Assembly: GCA_963663495.1 (NCBI GenBank)
Contig: OY760427.1
Location: 2,524,040 to 2,588,039 of the forward strand
From: Rhodothermales bacterium
GTDB lineage: Bacteria; Bacteroidota; Rhodothermia; Rhodothermales; Bin80
Reading direction: 5' to 3'
DNA: 64,000 nt
The notes under the pieces are model-generated. The model was not told where the DNA came from and ran no database searches. It saw nothing but the letters and a program-made list of their open reading frames with translations. The position numbers were made by a program, and so were the translations under genes. Positions 20,031-30,930 of the stretch are shown here, piece after piece (the stretch's first letter is position 1; each line of letters starts with the position of its first letter).

Positions 20031-23000
20031 TCAGAAGGTAGCCGTCATTTGAAGACGGACGGTATGAATCACCGGTAGCGCATCGGGCGCGCGGCCGTTA
20101 TAGTATAGGTTCGCCCTCAGCGCCCGAGTAAGTTGGTACCATGCCGACAGATTCCATAAACGGGACCTTCCAACTCCCCTCCCGTCGGTGAGCTCATAAT
20201 ATGCGAGCCCGGCCGGCAACGCACCATCTACAGCAACCGAGGTCCCTTCAGCGCCCATGCGGATACTGGCCCTCCCAGCAACACTGTACTCCACCGTTAA
20301 GGGAACCCTCCATACGACCGCATCGGATGATATGGCAGCCTTCTGTGCGAGTGCTGCTCCTATGGTCATGCGCCACGCCTCATCAATCGCGATGATTGCT
20401 GTCGGCTCAAGGCGATAGCTTCGAATGTCGTATGCTCGGGAAATAAATGACTGGCTGGTTGCTTGCTGATGCTCCTGCTCCACCTTCACACGCAGGCGAA
20501 CCTGCTTAATGGGAGTCATAAAACCTTCCAATCCCCATGTGTCCACCGCGCGGGAATCGGTACCTGCAGCTAGTGCATTGTGCGTGCGCACTGTCAGCAA
20601 TGATGTACTTATGCCGTAATCGGATTGATTGCGAAAGAGCGACAGCTCGTGCCTGGCTGACAGTAGTCCGCGGATGGAGTAGTCTTCGTGCCTGAATTGA
20701 CTCAGCCGGAACAGATAGATATCAGAAATATGGGGAGTGCTGCTTTTCTCCTGGATCCTCACGATGGTACGCAGAGATATATTGGCAAATCTCCGTAGCC
20801 ACGGCCTCTCCGCTTCCCGCCAGCGGCGCGCAAAATCCATGGTAAGAACCAGCCGTGACTGCATGCCAATCACGCTTTGCAGCGTGTCAGACGGCAGGAG
20901 CGTGCGCACGTAAACGCCCTCATCCTGCGTTGATTCCGGGACGAACTCCGCGACCTGTCGGATGCCGTCTCCATTGTCGTCATTCCAAACATATTCTCCA
21001 ATCTCGGCACCGGTACGAATGTAGATTTCCTGCATCACCGGAGTACGTTCGGACTGCGCATCGTAGTGCCAGTCAAGGCGGAACAAACGCTGCCACGGCT
21101 GCCAGCGTCCCGACCACTGCAGCACCACCGATTCCTCAGCCCTGGAATTCAGAGTGGTCCGGGAACGCCATCCGACCCGGCCCGAGGCCGAAAGAGCGCT
21201 GCGGGGCCTAATGTCATATCCGGTATCAAGGGTCACCCAGCGACCCTTGATACCTCCATCCGCATCCAGGTCCCAACGCACGCGGACTCCGCCGTCAAAC
21301 TCCAATTGATCCTTCTGCCACGACACGCCCGGACGTATCTCATTGTAGGCCTTTGACTTCAATCCTTGTGCCCCCGGTTCGGTTAGCGTCTGCCTGCGGT
21401 TTGAGCGTTTCAATGCGATCAGCGGTACAAAATGTCCCATGGGTCTGGAAACCTGTCCGGATAATCTCGTCCATGAACCACGCTCTCCAAGCACCGGATC
21501 ACGCGTGCGCATAGCCTCCCGACGATACGCGACATGTGGCCACCGTCCTTCCGCAAACTGCATACGAACCTCCGTTCTGTTCCCGGCAAATCCGTCGGGC
21601 AGAGCGATTCTTCCCACCTCCGCGCGGGCTGTTGAGTTCTCCGATAATTCCCACATGAACTTTGCTTCGTTAGTCTCATCCCCGACTGTGCTTCGCCCAG
21701 CAAGACCGCCCAGATGCCATCGGCGTCCAAACTCCACATGACGTATGCGGTCAAGCGGAGAATAGCGGGTACCTATTGACCTTCTCCGCGCCTCAAAGCT
21801 CATGGCACCAAGTCGCCTCGGCCCTAGCCTTCTGGGACGCACGCGTACGCCCGCCACGTATGCCGTACCCTGATCATCATCCTCATGCAGCGCCGAATAA
21901 CGGTTACCATCCAGCCCGGACGAAGCCCATTCCCCAAAAAATTCCACACCTTCAACAACCGCTAAGGCACCTCTCAGGTCAACGATACGCTGCGATTTCG
22001 GCTTGGGGATAGTGCGCCGCGGTACATAGTCCCCACGCCTAGACCCCCTCCAGACAAACAGAACGCCGTTCGTAGCAGCTCCCCTTCGCACATAATCACC
22101 GTTTCCTGTTCCTACATGCGTAAACTGTACGCGATAAACGGGGCCACCGTTGGCTCCTGTAGCGGGAGCGTAGTACTGCAAAGATGCGCCCTCAAATACC
22201 GTGTCGCGAACCGTGTACTGGACAAAGGGCGCATCGGGATCATACGGTACCGGTGTCGCGCTACTGATGTACACCGCCGAATCCCCAGCGGCAGTTAATC
22301 TGGCTAAATCGTCGTCGCTCAAGCCGAACTCCTCCCCAAATGTCCGTCCGTCAGCTTCTCGGAGCATGGCTGCGCCGAACGTAAACCGTGCCTGATCCCC
22401 AACTCTACCAAAGGATCCACGAATATCATTGGCCATGATGGTACGCGTAAACTCGGTTGTACGGTACTGATATTCAGCTCGGATACGGTGGTGATCCCGT
22501 ATGAGCCTCCGCGCCGTGAACGTGATTTCACCCGTTGCATAGTCAATGACGTAGTCCTCGGTTTCTCCCCGTGCAACCTGCCGACCATCCAAGTAAATCG
22601 TCTCAGACCCCGGCACTACAAAAATGAAGCGCTCACCGTTCTGGCCCAGAAGCTTGTACGGCCCTTGTACACCATCGGTAAGCGGGATACTGCTTCTTGT
22701 GTAAACGCCGCGCGCCGTGCCCACCGCGGATTGGACAGTAATGCCTCTGCCACTAGTTGTTACGCCAACGCCCTGCACCTTGCGCGCAAGCCTTGCCAGT
22801 TCAGCATCCTCGTACCGTACATCAATGTCTCCCAATTGAGCCTGCGTCTCGTGCGCATTGATTTCCACATAGACCCGATCAATCTCGCTCAGGCGCTGCG
22901 TTGTGCCTTCAGGAAGGATAGGAGTACTTTCGTCGGTCAACACGGCACGCACATCTACGTTCTCGGCAACCTGCCCTGCAACCTGCAGCCGAAGGCCGGA

Positions 23001-23483
23001 CTCGATCGTCGCATCCTGCCCATTTCCTGCCAGAACACCTCTCGTGATTGACCCCCTGGGTAGCAGCCTGAACTGATCCGAAGGTTCCGCCAGTTCCGTA
23101 GAAGCGATGCTGTCCGGCGGACCGCTGGTTGCGAACTGCCACTGGTAGCGGTCTCGCAGGCCAAGGTCCCATGTTCTGTACTGCACGGCAGCTGATTGCG
23201 ACGAATCAGCGACATCCATCCATAGATACCCTAAACGGTAGTCGATTTTGAAAGAGGTGGAATCACGCCTGGTACCGTTGAGAAAGACTTGCACCGACCC
23301 CGGCACAATAAATGGCCGTAGCGCAAAAGGCTGTATTGCTTGCAGATCCAGTGAATCACTATGCAGACCAAGCAGTGATGTAGCGGTATTCTGGGCGTCT
23401 GCGCTTGTGACCGCCCAAAAGGCTACCGACACGATGCCGATCCATCCCCGAATCGGGGTTAATAACCCAAATAAACTGTGCAA
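20031..23483 (-). CDS. Large conserved exported/outer-membrane hypothetical protein
   Basis: 1150 aa with a signal peptide, SGLRLQVAG...LTDESTPILPEG, DYVIDYATGEITF and a beta-strand-rich C-terminus ending in F. Confidence 0.7.
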   Translation of the reverse strand: MHSLFGLLTPIRGWIGIVSVAFWAVTSADAQNTATSLLGLHSDSLDLQAIQPFALRPFIVPGSVQVFLNGTRRDSTSFKIDYRLGYLWMDVADSSQSAAVQYRTWDLGLRDRYQWQFATSGPPDSIASTELAEPSDQFRLLPRGSITRGVLAGNGQDATIESGLRLQVAGQVAENVDVRAVLTDESTPILPEGTTQRLSEIDRVYVEINAHETQAQLGDIDVRYEDAELARLARKVQGVGVTTSGRGITVQSAVGTARGVYTRSSIPLTDGVQGPYKLLGQNGERFIFVVPGSETIYLDGRQVARGETEDYVIDYATGEITFTARRLIRDHHRIRAEYQYRTTEFTRTIMANDIRGSFGRVGDQARFTFGAAMLREADGRTFGEEFGLSDDDLARLTAAGDSAVYISSATPVPYDPDAPFVQYTVRDTVFEGASLQYYAPATGANGGPVYRVQFTHVGTGNGDYVRRGAATNGVLFVWRGSRRGDYVPRRTIPKPKSQRIVDLRGALAVVEGVEFFGEWASSGLDGNRYSALHEDDDQGTAYVAGVRVRPRRLGPRRLGAMSFEARRRSIGTRYSPLDRIRHVEFGRRWHLGGLAGRSTVGDETNEAKFMWELSENSTARAEVGRIALPDGFAGNRTEVRMQFAEGRWPHVAYRREAMRTRDPVLGERGSWTRLSGQVSRPMGHFVPLIALKRSNRRQTLTEPGAQGLKSKAYNEIRPGVSWQKDQLEFDGGVRVRWDLDADGGIKGRWVTLDTGYDIRPRSALSASGRVGWRSRTTLNSRAEESVVLQWSGRWQPWQRLFRLDWHYDAQSERTPVMQEIYIRTGAEIGEYVWNDDNGDGIRQVAEFVPESTQDEGVYVRTLLPSDTLQSVIGMQSRLVLTMDFARRWREAERPWLRRFANISLRTIVRIQEKSSTPHISDIYLFRLSQFRHEDYSIRGLLSARHELSLFRNQSDYGISTSLLTVRTHNALAAGTDSRAVDTWGLEGFMTPIKQVRLRVKVEQEHQQATSQSFISRAYDIRSYRLEPTAIIAIDEAWRMTIGAALAQKAAISSDAVVWRVPLTVEYSVAGRASIRMGAEGTSVAVDGALPAGLAYYELTDGRGVGRSRLWNLSAWYQLTRALRANLYYNGRAPDALPVIHTVRLQMTATF

Positions 23484-23580
23484 GCCGATGTTGTACAGCT
23501 ATTGAATCGAGGTGTCATATATCGCGGGCGCCGGGATGCAGCCTCCCCTCGTATCTGCCTCCCTGGTACTTGTTCCAAAC

Positions 23581-24276
23581 TCAGCGTTGTGTCACCTCGT
23601 TGGCGAGCTCATTGGTATCATCTGGACGGATTTCGACGCCGCTCCGCTCCAGAAGCTGACCGGCCATTTCGATTCCAGCTACCATCCCCCCAGCAAGGTC
23701 GCCGCTTCGAATTCCGTCACGAATCTTGTCAACAATGCCGCTCCAATCGTCCTCGTTAACCTTTTGATTGATGCCGGAATCTCCGATAACTTGTATGCGC
23801 CGCTCAAACAGGGAAACGAGCAGCATAATTCCCGTCCGTTCCCGCGTGCAGAACACTTCCTTCTCTACAAACGCTGCAAGCGCCCGCTGCCGTACAACAT
23901 GTGCGAGCCGTGCTTTGCCGACCAGGCTCCGCCGTGCGGCAGGTAAGAACATCGCTATACTTGCCCCCACAATCCCTGCACCAGCAATCAGCAAGGCCTG
24001 TGAGGTGCCGTGGGATAGCCACGACCAGCGCCATCCGACATGAAAAGCCTCAATAAGGAATACAACGAAGCACGCCATAACTCCTAGCAGCAGGGTGCCG
24101 CGGTAGATGGCGATTTCGTGGCTCGCGCTACGCGCCACAACGTAGGGTACAATTTCACCGCTTGTACGAGCTTCGGCACGGGCTACTGCATCCCGTATTC
24201 GGTTAAGTTCAGCTTTAGACAGTGCGTGCTTCATTATTTGGAGCGTCCAGGCATTATGGACTCGGTTGGTGGCCAA
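23581..24276 (-). CDS. TPM-domain membrane protein
   Basis: AVARAEARTSGEIVP, TRERTGIMLLVSLFERRIQVIGDSGI, PDDTNEL. Confidence 0.8.
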   Translation of the reverse strand: MATNRVHNAWTLQIMKHALSKAELNRIRDAVARAEARTSGEIVPYVVARSASHEIAIYRGTLLLGVMACFVVFLIEAFHVGWRWSWLSHGTSQALLIAGAGIVGASIAMFLPAARRSLVGKARLAHVVRQRALAAFVEKEVFCTRERTGIMLLVSLFERRIQVIGDSGINQKVNEDDWSGIVDKIRDGIRSGDLAGGMVAGIEMAGQLLERSGVEIRPDDTNELANEVTQR

Positions 24277-24958
24277 GTCTACGAGTTAGAATGGAATGTA
24301 CGGCAAGGCTGGCCATGGAAAGAAACCCGGCGACAAATACGAGGCGAATAACCTCAGATTCCCCGCTGATACGGTGTAGACTCGTAAAAACTGCTGTAGG
24401 GATTGTCCGCGTTCGTCCAGGAAGGTTACCCGCTATAACGATCGTCGCGCCGAATTCTCCCACGGCCCGCGCGAAGGCGATCACAACACCTGCTGCGATG
24501 CCCTTTGCGGCGAGGGGTAGGGTGACATGGCGAAAGGCTTCCCAGCGCCCGCCTCCGTAAACAAGGGCCGCCTCTTCCCACTCTGGATTTACTTGTTGAA
24601 AGGCTATCCTCATAGCCTGTACCATGAGCGGAAAGGCTATTACGCCGGAAGCAATTGCAGCTCCGAGGCTGGAAAATGCGATCTGTATGCCGAATGCACC
24701 CGAAAGCCACCTTCCTATAGGCCCGGATGGGCCGAGAAGAATCAGAAGTACATATCCCGTGATCACGGGAGGGAGCACCAACGGCAGCTGGACTAGATTT
24801 TCCAGCGCGAATGGTAGGATCCCACGCCGCCTGGCTAGGTAATGGGCCGACCAAATGCCAAAGGGTAGCGCCGCTAGCACAGCAACGACAGCAACCCGGA
24901 CAGAAAGCAGTACGATCTGCCATTCATCTCGCGTAAGGATCAGCGATTCTGCGGGCAT
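24254..24958 (-). CDS. modB: Molybdate ABC transporter permease
   Basis: LPLVLPPVITGY, FPLMV, AFARAVGEFGAT. Confidence 0.92.
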   Translation of the reverse strand: MPAESLILTRDEWQIVLLSVRVAVVAVLAALPFGIWSAHYLARRRGILPFALENLVQLPLVLPPVITGYVLLILLGPSGPIGRWLSGAFGIQIAFSSLGAAIASGVIAFPLMVQAMRIAFQQVNPEWEEAALVYGGGRWEAFRHVTLPLAAKGIAAGVVIAFARAVGEFGATIVIAGNLPGRTRTIPTAVFTSLHRISGESEVIRLVFVAGFLSMASLAVHSILTRRLGHQPSP

Positions 24959-24970
24959 CCGATTTGTCCC

Positions 24971-25726
24971 CTACATTGATTGCGACCGGAAGTCATAGGA
25001 TCGCCAAAGATCCAAGAATAACGTATCAGTAACGTGCGATAACAGCAACCCGGCTGCATTAGCCTGTTTCGTGTTGGTAACCACAGCAGCTCCGTACTGA
25101 ATCATTGGAGCACAGGGGGCATCCAGAGTTATTAATGCATGTACACCGGTAACGACGCTTATATCCGAAGCATACACGACTGCGGCCTCTGCCGCCCCAT
25201 TTGCAACTGTGTGAAGCGCAGCGCGAACGTCAAGCGTCGGAGCCAGATTCGTCTCAAGCGTTTGCCATAACCCCTCGCATTCCAAGGCCTGTCTCGTATA
25301 CACTCCCGCAGGCACATGCGACCAATCGGCGACAGCGATTCTACCAAACCCTTTTAACTGAGCAAGCGAATCCAGCGGAGGTACGGATAACTGCGCTGCA
25401 ACGACCAAGGTATTACCTACAGGCAGTCTTATTGCTGTGAAAACATATCCGCGCTCCTGTAAATGCGCCAGCCACTCCATGTTGGCAGACAAAAAAACAT
25501 CCACCGGGGCGCCGTGTTCAACCTGCCGGGCCAAAGTGGACGAGGCTCCGGTTCCCAATGATACGCGGTAGGATGGATGCGATAGTTCAAAATCCTGTAC
25601 TAATGCCTCGGCGATGTCCGTCAACGACGCGGCTGCTAGCATTACCAATTCCTGCTCTCCTCCCTGTCTACATCCGATCAGGTGAATCCCTGCCAGACAG
25701 ACCAGCCAAAAGGAGCGCCCCGTCAA
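24971..25726 (-). CDS. modA: Molybdate ABC transporter substrate-binding lipoprotein
   Basis: AAASLTD, GASSTLARQ, DVFLSAN, VPAGVY, DVRAAL. Confidence 0.92.
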   Translation of the reverse strand: MTGRSFWLVCLAGIHLIGCRQGGEQELVMLAAASLTDIAEALVQDFELSHPSYRVSLGTGASSTLARQVEHGAPVDVFLSANMEWLAHLQERGYVFTAIRLPVGNTLVVAAQLSVPPLDSLAQLKGFGRIAVADWSHVPAGVYTRQALECEGLWQTLETNLAPTLDVRAALHTVANGAAEAAVVYASDISVVTGVHALITLDAPCAPMIQYGAAVVTNTKQANAAGLLLSHVTDTLFLDLWRSYDFRSQSM

Positions 25727-26736
25727 TCGGCTTCGCGGTCCTGGATGTCCGCAAGCACCTCGCTTGCCCTGCGGTAATGCTCAGACTCTGGAGCGGCTAA
25801 CCCACGAACCTTCTCGAACTGAGCTACCGCCTGATCAAGTCGACTAATACGTGCCAGCATAAGGCCATAATTGAAGTTAGCATTCAGGTGATTCGGATCA
25901 GTTTCCAGCACCTTCTTGATTTCTGCCACCCCCTTCATCGGGTCTCCCGTGTTCAGATAAGCAGTGGCAAGGTCCGTCTGGACATCAATATTGTCCACAT
26001 CCATCGCAAGCGTTTGCTCATAGGCCAACACAGCACCTCCAGCCAGTCTTTGCTTCTTATTAGGGTCCGCCTCCGTTGCCATCGCGTCGTAGAACAGGTC
26101 GCCGGCAAGCTTCCAGTCCTCTAGTGCACCGTTGGATTGGGCCAAAAGGTGCTGCTCGGCCGCAGCTAGATCCGTACGCCCGGCGTCATGAAGAACCAGA
26201 ACCTTTTCGCGCTGGCGCAGAATTTTCTGTATTCCCTGCGCTTCGCTGATTAAGGAATCCAAGACTGAAATCTGAAAGTTCAACTCACCCTCCAATACCT
26301 CCGTATCCGGAAGCGTTGGCATATTAAGCTCCTCTGCGGTTGCTATTGGAAAAGTCGACTTACTAATGGTGCTGACCAGAAACAGGGTTACAACAAGCCC
26401 AAGGCCCGAGCAAACCATAATGGCCACCTGCCAACGTATCGCTGTCGGGTGAGTGGGAGTTGACAAGGGCTTGGATTCTAAGCGCGCACCACACTGGCTG
26501 CAATACACTGCGGCAGGGCCCGAAGGTGCATTGCATCGATTACACTGCTGCAAAGAATCTTCAAAAGCAGGTCTCGTTTCAAGCGACGCAGCGGCCGGGC
26601 CATCCCGGTATGAACGCGGGCCTGATCCTCCTGAAGCAAGGTTAACGTTATCCTGCCCTGTCCAGCCGCACAGATTGCAGGACGCGCCGCGCTCGCCAAG
26701 CCGAGCGCCGCATTCGTCACACGTTGGGTACTTCAT
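25723..26736 (-). CDS. Zinc-ribbon + TPR membrane protein
   Basis: CxxC pairs (CDECG/CNLCG, CNRCN/CSQCG), one TM segment and C-terminal TPR-like helices. Start moved to ATG 26736. Confidence 0.7.
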   Translation of the reverse strand: MKYPTCDECGARLGERGASCNLCGWTGQDNVNLASGGSGPRSYRDGPAAASLETRPAFEDSLQQCNRCNAPSGPAAVYCSQCGARLESKPLSTPTHPTAIRWQVAIMVCSGLGLVVTLFLVSTISKSTFPIATAEELNMPTLPDTEVLEGELNFQISVLDSLISEAQGIQKILRQREKVLVLHDAGRTDLAAAEQHLLAQSNGALEDWKLAGDLFYDAMATEADPNKKQRLAGGAVLAYEQTLAMDVDNIDVQTDLATAYLNTGDPMKGVAEIKKVLETDPNHLNANFNYGLMLARISRLDQAVAQFEKVRGLAAPESEHYRRASEVLADIQDREAD

Positions 26737-26963
26737 TCTCAAGTCTAACTTCGCAGGTAATAACAGGAATTGCGGCGGCAACTATACGCCTCACGCTACC
26801 ACGCATCACACGACAACCAACTCTCTACCCCGAGGCAAGAATGTTAATCGGAGCGCACATATTCACTGCCGGTGGTACGTATATCCGGCGCGGGAGTTCG
26901 CTACCGGGCAACAGGATGGCCAACGAAGCGTTTCCCGGATTACTATTACCGCTTAGGAACACT

Positions 26964-27719
26964 ATGCTCCGGTACCTTTTCTCTACCGCTCTGCTTACCA
27001 TTATTGCGTGTGCAGGTCCGCCATCGGCAGATAGCATCATTGCCCGGGCCATTGAAACTCACGGGGGGCCTGCATTACAGAATGCGAAGGTACGATTTCA
27101 GTTTCGCACGTACGACTATGTGATTCGCCGACAAGGCGGCGAATATTCGTACCAAAGGCGGTACGAGAACGAGGGATTGCAGGTTACCGAGGTTCTGACG
27201 AATGACGGGATTGTGCGTGCAGTGAACGGGCAACCCGTGGAATTGACGACCGAAGAGATGCAGACCATCTCCACTCCTCTTAATTCCGTTCCCTATTTCG
27301 CGCTGCTACCGTTCAATCTTGGGGACCAAGCCGTACAGGCACGCTATTTCGGTACATCCGTAATCAAGGGCGAGCCATACCATGAGATAGAGGTGACCTT
27401 TCGAACGGATGGTGGCGGACTTGACCACGAGGATCGCTTTGTGTACTGGTTTCACCAGCAGCGGTATACCATGGACTACCTGGCCTACGCGTTTCATACA
27501 GGAGACGGCGGAACGCGCTTCCGGGAAGCGTTCAATGTGCGGACCATTGGAGGTGTACGATTCGCGGATTATTACAACTACACCTCCGATACACTAGGGC
27601 AGCCGGGGGACCCCATCGAGACCTTTGATGATGTATTTAATGCGAGAAACACCCGCCTCCTTTCGGAAATCGTACTGGAGAATGTCCTTATAGAACCTCT
27701 AGCGGCTGACCATCAATGA
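26964..27719 (+). CDS. DUF6503-like lipoprotein
   Basis: MLRYLFSTALLTIIAC lipobox, AIETHGG, YFALLPFNL, DGGGLDHEDRFVYW. Confidence 0.7.
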   Translation: MLRYLFSTALLTIIACAGPPSADSIIARAIETHGGPALQNAKVRFQFRTYDYVIRRQGGEYSYQRRYENEGLQVTEVLTNDGIVRAVNGQPVELTTEEMQTISTPLNSVPYFALLPFNLGDQAVQARYFGTSVIKGEPYHEIEVTFRTDGGGLDHEDRFVYWFHQQRYTMDYLAYAFHTGDGGTRFREAFNVRTIGGVRFADYYNYTSDTLGQPGDPIETFDDVFNARNTRLLSEIVLENVLIEPLAADHQ

Positions 27720-30490
27720 GTCCGTTCCATCACACACAGTGTCCACTTCAGGAGCTGGATGCTGAAGTTAGAGGGACAGGTATAACCCGACCTCTGAGCT
27801 GGCAGATAAACCTGCTGGGCAAGCTGTTAGGACGTGCGGTAAACAATCAGGCAGGTGAACGCACTGTGCGTATCGTTGAGCGGTTACGGCTGCTGGCGAA
27901 GGAGGCAGCCGCCGAGTGTGACGATTCAAAGCGGGATGAGGCGGCTAGCATCATCAGGGGCTTAAGCCATACGGACCTTGAATGGGTGCTGCGTGCGTTT
28001 AGCACCTTTTTTCATCTGGTAAATCAGAGTGAGCAGCTGGAAATCATTCGAATAAACCGGGACAGGGCACTCCGCCCGGGTACACGGTCGCGGCCAGAGT
28101 CGATTGACGAGTCGGTTGGAGTGTTGAAGAGCTGCGGCTTGACCGCTGACGACTTGATTGATAACCTGCAGTCACTTGACATACAACCCACGCTTACCGC
28201 CCATCCGACTGAGGCACGAAGGCGTACTATTCTGTACAAGCAGCAGGATCTAGCCGAGCTCGTCCGCCAGTGGCAAAGCACGGAGCCCACGCCGGACGAG
28301 CGGCTTGATCTGACTGAAGAAATCCGCGACCAGATAGCCATTCTCCTAGCCACAGACCAGATTCATTCCAGTCGCCCCACCGTCACTGATGAAGTAGAGC
28401 ACGGACTGTACTACCTGCGCAACGCAATATGGGAGACCATCCCGAGAATCCATCAGGATGTTCGCAGGGCTGTACAGCGCCACTATGGCCGGACCATTGA
28501 AATCCCTGTCTTCCTTCGCTACAGATCCTGGATCGGTAGTGATCGGGATGGCAACCCGAATGTCACCGCAAACATTACGCGCAGGACCTTGGAGATGCAC
28601 CGACGCAAGGTGATTGGCCGGTACATCAGTGATTTAAAGGACCTCCGCCGTGAACTGAGCATTTCTGATGTTAAGGTCAGGTTACCCGAGGCATTGTACG
28701 ACTCTCTAAGGGAAGATGAACGCGAGCTGGAGTTAGCACCATCACAGTACAGGATCTTTGGCCGGGAGCCTATCAGGCGCAAGCTTGCGTTTATGATTGT
28801 GCGCCTGCAGGGCTCCATGACAGATGACGGAAGTAAACCCTACGGTATAGAGCAATTCAAGCATGACTTGCGACAATTGGAATCCGCGCTACGGGATGCC
28901 GGATTCGGATTCCTGGCGGATGAGGGGCGGCTAGGACGTGTGATCATACGTGCATCCGCATTTGGGTTTCATCTGGCGGCCCTTGACATCAGGCAACACA
29001 GCAGCCGACACGAAGAAGCCGTGGCATGCCTTCTTTCAATAGCCCAGGTTACAGACAGGTATGTCGGTTTGGACGAGGTGGACAAAATTGCGGTCTTGGA
29101 GCAGGAGCTTGGAAACCCCAGGCCACTCTTGGCGCCCCGCGAGAAAATTCCGGCACCTGCAAGGGATGTAATGGACACCTTTGAGGTGATCAGAGAAATC
29201 GTGGACTCGGACCCCGCAGCGCTCGGGTCCTACATCGTGAGTATGACACACGGTGTGAGTGATTTGCTTGAGGTCATGCTTCTGGCCAAGGAAGTGGGAC
29301 TATGGACCCTCCGCGAGGGTATTGTCTCGTCGCCCCTGGATATCGTCCCGCTGTTTGAGACTATTGGGGACCTACAGGTAGCGGATCAGCTGATGGCCAC
29401 ACTGTTTGCACTGTCGAGCTATCAGCAACATTTGGAGGCCCGCAGCGGTCTGCAGGAAATCATGCTGGGATATTCTGACAGCAACAAGGACGGGGGTTAC
29501 TGGATGGCTAACTGGGCCCTGCACCAGGCCCAGGGGCGTTTAGGACAGGTGTGCCGGGACCACGATGTAGATTTCAGGCTATTTCACGGAAGAGGAGGAT
29601 CTGTAGGCCGCGGCGGAGGGCGCGCAGGGCAAGCGATCATCGCAATGCCGAAGGCGGCCCAAAACGGCCGCATACGATTCACAGAGCAGGGGGAGGTCAT
29701 CTCTTACCGCTACGCATTGCCTGCCATTGCACATCGCCATCTGGAACAAATCACGGGTGCCATGATGCAGGCCGAGGCAGTTGCATCCCAGGGCGCCGAA
29801 GAATTGCGATATGCTGCGACCATGGATCGCATCGCACGCACCTCCATGGAGGCCTACCGCAACTTGGTGTTGAGCCCTGGGCTTTGGGCGTGGTATACCG
29901 CGATTACCCCAATTGAGCAGATAAGCCGGCTTCCCATTGCTTCACGCCCTGTGTCGCGATCCTCAGCCCGAGAGGTGGACTTCGAAGATCTGAGGGCCAT
30001 CCCGTGGGTCTTTGCATGGACACAGACTAGGTACGTCATCCCCGGGTGGTACGGTGTGGGAGCAGGTCTGGACGAAGCCATCAATGATGGCGCGCTGGCA
30101 GAATTGCGCGAAATGTACCGGTCCTGGCCATTCTTTCGAGCCATCATCGGGAACGCAGAAAGAGAAATGGCGCGTGCGCGCCTGAAAATCGCGGAGCGTT
30201 ATGCAAAACTGGCACAGGAAGATGGCCTGCATGAACATATTGAAGCAGACTTTATCCTGGCAAGTAAGGCGATTCTAGCAATCGCGGGCTCCGATAAACT
30301 GCTGGAAGGAAACCCGGTTATTCGCAAATCTATCGCGTTACGTAACCCCTACACCGATATCCTGAACCTGTTGCAGATTGAGCTCATGCGCCGTTACAGG
30401 AAGACCGATGGGGAAGAGCGGGCCCGTGTGCGCCAGGCCTTGTTTCTGAGCGTTAACGGCATCGCGGCGGCAATGCAGAGCACAGGCTAG
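27716..30490 (+). CDS. ppc: Phosphoenolpyruvate carboxylase
   Basis: TAHPTE, SWIGSDRDGNP, GYSDS, FHGRGGSVGRGG, LRAIPWVF, LRNPY. Confidence 0.97.
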   Translation: MSPFHHTQCPLQELDAEVRGTGITRPLSWQINLLGKLLGRAVNNQAGERTVRIVERLRLLAKEAAAECDDSKRDEAASIIRGLSHTDLEWVLRAFSTFFHLVNQSEQLEIIRINRDRALRPGTRSRPESIDESVGVLKSCGLTADDLIDNLQSLDIQPTLTAHPTEARRRTILYKQQDLAELVRQWQSTEPTPDERLDLTEEIRDQIAILLATDQIHSSRPTVTDEVEHGLYYLRNAIWETIPRIHQDVRRAVQRHYGRTIEIPVFLRYRSWIGSDRDGNPNVTANITRRTLEMHRRKVIGRYISDLKDLRRELSISDVKVRLPEALYDSLREDERELELAPSQYRIFGREPIRRKLAFMIVRLQGSMTDDGSKPYGIEQFKHDLRQLESALRDAGFGFLADEGRLGRVIIRASAFGFHLAALDIRQHSSRHEEAVACLLSIAQVTDRYVGLDEVDKIAVLEQELGNPRPLLAPREKIPAPARDVMDTFEVIREIVDSDPAALGSYIVSMTHGVSDLLEVMLLAKEVGLWTLREGIVSSPLDIVPLFETIGDLQVADQLMATLFALSSYQQHLEARSGLQEIMLGYSDSNKDGGYWMANWALHQAQGRLGQVCRDHDVDFRLFHGRGGSVGRGGGRAGQAIIAMPKAAQNGRIRFTEQGEVISYRYALPAIAHRHLEQITGAMMQAEAVASQGAEELRYAATMDRIARTSMEAYRNLVLSPGLWAWYTAITPIEQISRLPIASRPVSRSSAREVDFEDLRAIPWVFAWTQTRYVIPGWYGVGAGLDEAINDGALAELREMYRSWPFFRAIIGNAEREMARARLKIAERYAKLAQEDGLHEHIEADFILASKAILAIAGSDKLLEGNPVIRKSIALRNPYTDILNLLQIELMRRYRKTDGEERARVRQALFLSVNGIAAAMQSTG

Positions 30491-30930
30491 GACATCCACC
30501 AGAGCGAACAGGGTAAATATTGCTTCTGTAAGCAGATACGATGTTGAAGTCCAAAGGAGCCCGTCAGGGTCGTTGGGGTGCCACTAGGCCCGCGCGATGA
30601 ATGATACAATCGCGGCCAAGTTGATTCATCGGTCCGCATCCATTTATCACCCACGCGTTAATGCAACCTTTTCCTGACGTTCTGCGCACCACGACATGCT
30701 GCATGACTTGATTTGTTGTCTGGAGGCTGGGGTAAGGCCATCAGAGTAGTTGGTACCGGAATCGGTGTTCGGGGCTTTCCGTCCATAGCGGGGGTGCTCA
30801 AACGCGCCAGTTGCCTTCGGATAAGGCGGTACTGTTGCGTTTTGCTTTATGAATGGTTACATTCGTGCGGGGGGCTGTTGGGCAACTAGTGCTCCAGCTC
30901 GGGAAGGATGTTGCGAGCGAGGAATGATTT

